A stretch of 64,000 nt of DNA from Octopus vulgaris. Lineage: Eukaryota. This document shows positions 58,889 through 64,000 of this stretch, piece after piece. The position numbers and the translations under genes are program-made. The notes under the pieces were generated by a model. The model had not been told where the DNA came from and ran no database searches. It saw nothing but the letters and a program-made list of their open reading frames with translations. Every line of letters begins with the position of its first letter. Positions within the stretch are counted from its first letter, which is position 1. The stretch is from assembly GCA_951406725.2 (NCBI GenBank), contig OX597819.1, positions 58,962,001 through 59,026,000 of the forward strand, in the 5' to 3' direction.

Positions 58889-59795
58889 TATACAAATAAT
58901 TTTGAAGCTTGAAAATAACTGTTACAATGAAAATAAATTATTTATTATTAGTTTTCATAACAAAATTAACGGCATTTGAAATATCTTAAAATAAAGACAA
59001 TTTTCGTTTTTCATTTTTTTATTTACTTTCTGCAAGTATTTTTTTTGTTTTTTGCTGATCATAACATAAAATGATTAATTGAGAAATAATAATAATTCTT
59101 CGGTTAATATAGTTTTCAGAACCACGCTTTTATTTAAGTTTAGTGTCAAAATTTTGAAACTACCCCTTATATAATATACATAACTTATACAAATAATTTG
59201 TGTATTGAAATCACTGCCTTCATTTATACAAGGATCGTGTGCCATTGTTTACTCCGTATGACTGTGAGACACACTGTGATCTTACTTTGAGTCAAAAGCG
59301 CTAGAGTGCCAATTTCCGTGCAGTCATTCTCAAAGAAGTGTCTGTTCACAATTATCAAAGGACGGTTTGAATAATAATCAAAGATCAGAAGTCAACCAAA
59401 GCTAAAACTTTTATATGGAACACGATCACTGTCAAACAGAGCCGTCTCAGTAGTATTATAGGCCACAAGGAATAGCAGTTGCACTAAGCACTGTAGAAGT
59501 TATTTATTGACACCATGTCAAAGCAGGCATAGATCACAGCTGGGCCCCTGGACCCATACCTGCAGTCAAACTGTCTTTCCTGTCTGCATGTAAAGTCGAT
59601 GTTTCCCTTTGAAATTTTAAGATTGATAGAGTTGTTTCCCTTTAAATTATATTCTCTTTATTAATTATCAAGGTTCGACAAACATCGAAAACGTTACAAG
59701 ACAATGCAATGAGGGAGCTTACATAAAAGGGAATATAAAAAAAATCACACAAGCAAAAATAAAGAAACAAAAACATTCAAATGAGGAATAATTTT

Positions 59796-60204
59796 GGATC
59801 TTTTCGGTTTGACCGGCAGTTTTTTAAAATAATTTCCACGTAACTAAATACTTTTAAACTTCGTATACTGGTAGAATGTGTTTATAAAACATCTTTTTCT
59901 CTTGGCTTTATTGAGAAAATTCTACAGTTTGAAAGATATTTGTTGTTTTTTTCTTCAATTTCTGCAATTTCAACCAATCAATGACGTCTATTGAGGTAAA
60001 AACATTCTGTGCCATACGAATATGTCCCTCGTTTAAGAAACAGATTGGGTTTATTTACATTTCTAAAGAAAAAAAGATACCTTTCCCCACCACCCCTAAC
60101 CCTAAAACATTGAAATGCAATAGATCGATACTAGGGTCATAATTATGGGTGACAATTTCATATGACACCGCTAGAAAAAACTGCCGTTCAAACCGAAAAG
60201 ATCC
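59796..60204. mobile_element. MITE with ~30-bp TIRs and 8-bp TSD (Merlin-like)
   Basis: GGATCTTTTCGGTTTGACCGGCAGTTTTTT and AAAAAACTGCCGTTCAAACCGAAAAGATCC; flanks ataatttt / ataatttc. Confidence 0.8.
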
Positions 60205-63200
60205 ATAATTTCTTAAAAGGAAGGAGACCTCTGTGAGTTATTCGCAAAAATCCCACAAAACCACAGTCACCCTGATAACTAAGGCAAAATCAGTGTAAAA
60301 CATTTATGAACTATAGAATTTAATATTATTGCCATTCAAAGACGGTGAACTGACAGAGGCATTAGTACACAGGACAAAATTCATAGAGCAGCATTGCTTC
60401 CGGCTCTTTCCACTCCAGGCTCAAATGCCATCGAGATCAACTTTACCTTTCATCGTCCTGAGGTCGATAAAATAAAGTATCAGTCAAGTACTGACATTTA
60501 GAAATCGACTTTTGCTTAAAATTGCTGGCTTTGTATAATAATCTACTTCAGAATATGTGTGTGTGTGCGTGTTTTATCTTTCATCTGCTTCAGTCATTAG
60601 ACTGCAGCCATGCTGGGGCACTACCTTGACAAATTGTAGATGAACAAATTGACACTAGTACTTACTTTTTAAGCCTGATACTTATTCCATTGGTCTCTTT
60701 TGTCAAACCACTAAGTTAGGGGGGGGGGCGTAAACACCCCCATGCCAGTTGTCAATTTTAGAACATAGCATTTCGCAGATTAATCAAGATATTGGCAACG
60801 TCTGGTCTTTCAACAGATTTTTCTTTCTTACCAGTTTGTGATAATCTTTATTGGTATCTCAACTTAATACTTACTCATGGCTGTGCTTATTATAGAATTT
60901 TCATTTTATCATTCATTCCTCAGAATCATCTTTTTGCTGTAGGGATGATGCGATCCATCAAAGTAGTTGATTAAAGTATTCATTGTCAATACATATATAA
61001 GCACAGTGGATTCACAGGATCGATAGAGTATTAGACAAACTGCTTCACCATATTCAATTGTAACTTTATATTGTGTGAGTTAAAATATTGCCCAGGTCAA
61101 CTTTACCTTGCATCTTTCTGGGATTGATAAAATATGAACCAGTCAAGTACTAAAAAAAAAATCAAATAATTACTTATAGCTTTCATATCACATTTGAACT
61201 CACATACATCATCATCGTCGTCATTGTTTAACTGGCATGGTTTGGACGGTTTGACTGAGGGCTGGGGAGCCAGAAGGCTGCACCAGGCTCCAATCCAATC
61301 TGGCAATGTATCTACAGCTAGATGACCTTCCTAAATCCAACCATTCCAAGAGTGTAGTGGGTGCTTTTTACATGCTACCAGCTCAAGGGTCAGTCAGCCA
61401 GCACTGGCATCGACCACGCTTGAATGGTGATTTTTACATGCCACCGGCATGGGAGCCAGTCAGGTGGTACTGGCAACAATCACACTTGAATGGTGATTTT
61501 CACATGCCACCAGCACAGGAGCCAATCAGGCAGCACTGGCAATGACCACACTCAAATGGTGCTTTTTACATGCCACCGGCATGGGAACCAGTCAGGCAGT
61601 ACTGGCAATAATCACACTTGAATGATGCTTTTTAGGTGCCACTGGCACGGGACCAGTCAAGAATTCACCATTTATATAAAGACAGTAGAACGGTGGAAAT
61701 AAGAGCTAGGATTCATTTAAAATGCCTTGATACATTCAGTTATGCAGGCTTATCTTATGAATTTCAGCCCTTTCAGGAATGACTTTGTTTTTCTCCTCTC
61801 TTGGTGAGAAATCAAACAAATAGAAATAATGTACTGATATCAATTTGATCACCCATAACTCCTTCTCAACAAGTATGTGGCTTTATCTCAGTATTAGAAA
61901 TTGTTATTTATGTGTGTGGAGTTAGTGAGAAAGGTTAAAGCTGGATTGCCTACAAGATAAAATTTTAGGCATCACAGAATCATGTATACCATCTTCCCTT
62001 TAATAAGAAGGTCTGGGAGTCTAAAAGGAAACTGCATGTGTATAGATATGGAGGCACACTAACCATGAGGCAGATAAAAGAGCTTTCAATAATGAATAGA
62101 TGAATTAGGTTTTCAAACATAACTGTTATATTAATCTTTTCGCATTTAATCCAGTAATATCTGGCCTAAATATTCTACGTTTTATGTTCAAACTGGCTAC
62201 ATCTGACCTCTCACACCAGTTCTACAATGTCATACTAAAAATAAACAATCACATCATCAAAAGTTTGAAGCTATGAGATAATGTATGATTTATTCAAAAC
62301 AATGAATAATCATTACATTTGACAGAATAAGCTGAATGCTAAAGGATTAAATATCTTTGCAATAAAACGAATATTTCAAGTTATTTTTCAGAATTCAAAC
62401 CAACTAGGATTTTTAATTATATCCAACAATTTCCTTAGTTTTAAAATCTTTAGCAAAATCAGACTGGTTGATGTTAAGTAAAAACATGTTGTGAAATGGG
62501 TTTAAAATACAATAACACAAGATAGGCTGAGGAAGCCATGGAGTAATAACAGAGAATAGATTGCGTAAAAGTAAATTGAAAAGACATATGACACAAGATG
62601 TTAAAAGAGATCTTAAAAAAGCTAGGTTCTTCTGATTGGTATGATATCAATGTATGGCAGTCTTTTTAACACTGAGATCAGCATGGAAATAAATAGGGAG
62701 AAGAGAACTTGAAAAATCCATGACAATGCAGCCCACATGAGCTAAAAAGGCAGGATTTCCCTAAAGCAACTTCCATTAATGACTTTGAAACTTTAGAAAA
62801 AATATATCATAATTGCACAGTTACAACTTGTTAGCAATTTTACCTGAGATTTGTTTTACTTGACTAACCTAACGCAAACATTACTTTGGGAAAGAAAGTA
62901 TTTTGAAGTTCCCCCACCCACTAAATTTCATCTGAAATTATACTTTATACATCAAAGCTCTTTGATTAACAAGAACTTCAGTATTTGAACTGCCCAAGAG
63001 CTACAAGCAGTGGGACTTAGCTTCAGCATTAACTAAAACAAGAAATGAATGATTTCTTTTAAATCTTCAAGTCCTAAGCTTAAAAAAGGGTTTTATAATC
63101 CCTTCACTCCTTACTCTAAATGAATTTATTCCCTCATTAACTTTACTTCTACTGCACATTCTCTTACCCTATCACCACACCACTTTATCATCATTATTTC

Positions 63201-64000
63201 TGACCCAAGCTGTAAAATCCATTCAACAATTCTGAGAGCTTAATAGTTCTTATTGACCACTTTGCTTCATCTTTCTTCATTTCTGGAGAAAAGATACAAT
63301 GTGAATAATCCCCATAACCTTTCTCACTTCACAACATCCACAAATCTGAAGGAAAGACATGGAGAGAGAATAACTGACTTTATCCACTGACCCCGAAAGA
63401 TAAAAGGTGAAGTAGACCTAAGCAGAATTTGAACTCAGAATACCAAGAGTTGAAGAAAATACTGTAATGCATTCATTCTCTACAATGCTCTGAAGGCTTA
63501 GTTGACTCACCCACATTACAATTACAAGAGGTATGAAGTATCAAGGAAAGGCAATAATTTTGATGACAATAACTTTGGTAGAAGTTCTGCCAGTTCCATT
63601 TCAAGACAACTCCTAGTGGCACTCATCTGACCCCCAACTTACACTTGTGAAACCACAAACTCCATATATGTGGTAGTGTGCCACCTCCTAGGCAGCAGTA
63701 TTCACAAGCCAAATAAACCAGATGAGAGAAGCTGACAACTCAAATTCTTGGTGAAAGTCTTTAACCCTTTGGCATTTAGACCAGCCATAACTGGCCTAAA
63801 TATTTTACCTGTTTTATGATCAAATTCAACAGACCTTGCCTCTTACACCTGACCTACAATGTTGTTGAAAACATTATCACATCATTGAAATCTCAAAGCT
63901 ATGAAATAATGCATGATTAATTCAAAACACTGTGAATAAATAAGCATTAGATTTGACAAAGTAAACTGAATACTAAAGAATTAAGGGTTTGTCACCCCAT

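Overview
AT-rich, repeat-dense eukaryotic genomic DNA. The SINE families and microsatellite load suggest an octopus or other coleoid cephalopod (inference). One protein-coding gene on the + strand dominates: a PHLPP-family gene (RA-like, PH, LRR and PP2C-like domains, a disordered Ser/Thr-rich tail, and a C-terminal SYL PDZ-type ligand). I reconstructed it by hand as 16 coding exons from 9894 to 56262. All introns are GT-AG and phase-consistent, giving a 4797 nt CDS (~1598 aa). The rest is transposon-derived: tRNA-derived SINEs, CR1, RTE and R4/Dong-like LINE relics, mariner and Tigger relics, several MITE families, Penelope-like short repeats with minimal hammerhead ribozyme motifs, and large micro/minisatellites. 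Best leads: (1) the PP2C domain lacks most metal-binding acidic residues, (2) a 37-aa tandem expansion precedes the PDZ ligand, (3) hammerhead-like motifs sit in inverted-repeat elements upstream, (4) the same repeat families show a 5'-to-3' CpG-decay gradient, and (5) inverted SINE pairs lie next to exons. Most short ORFs in the supplied track are microsatellite artefacts. No database searches were run, and repeat boundaries are approximate.
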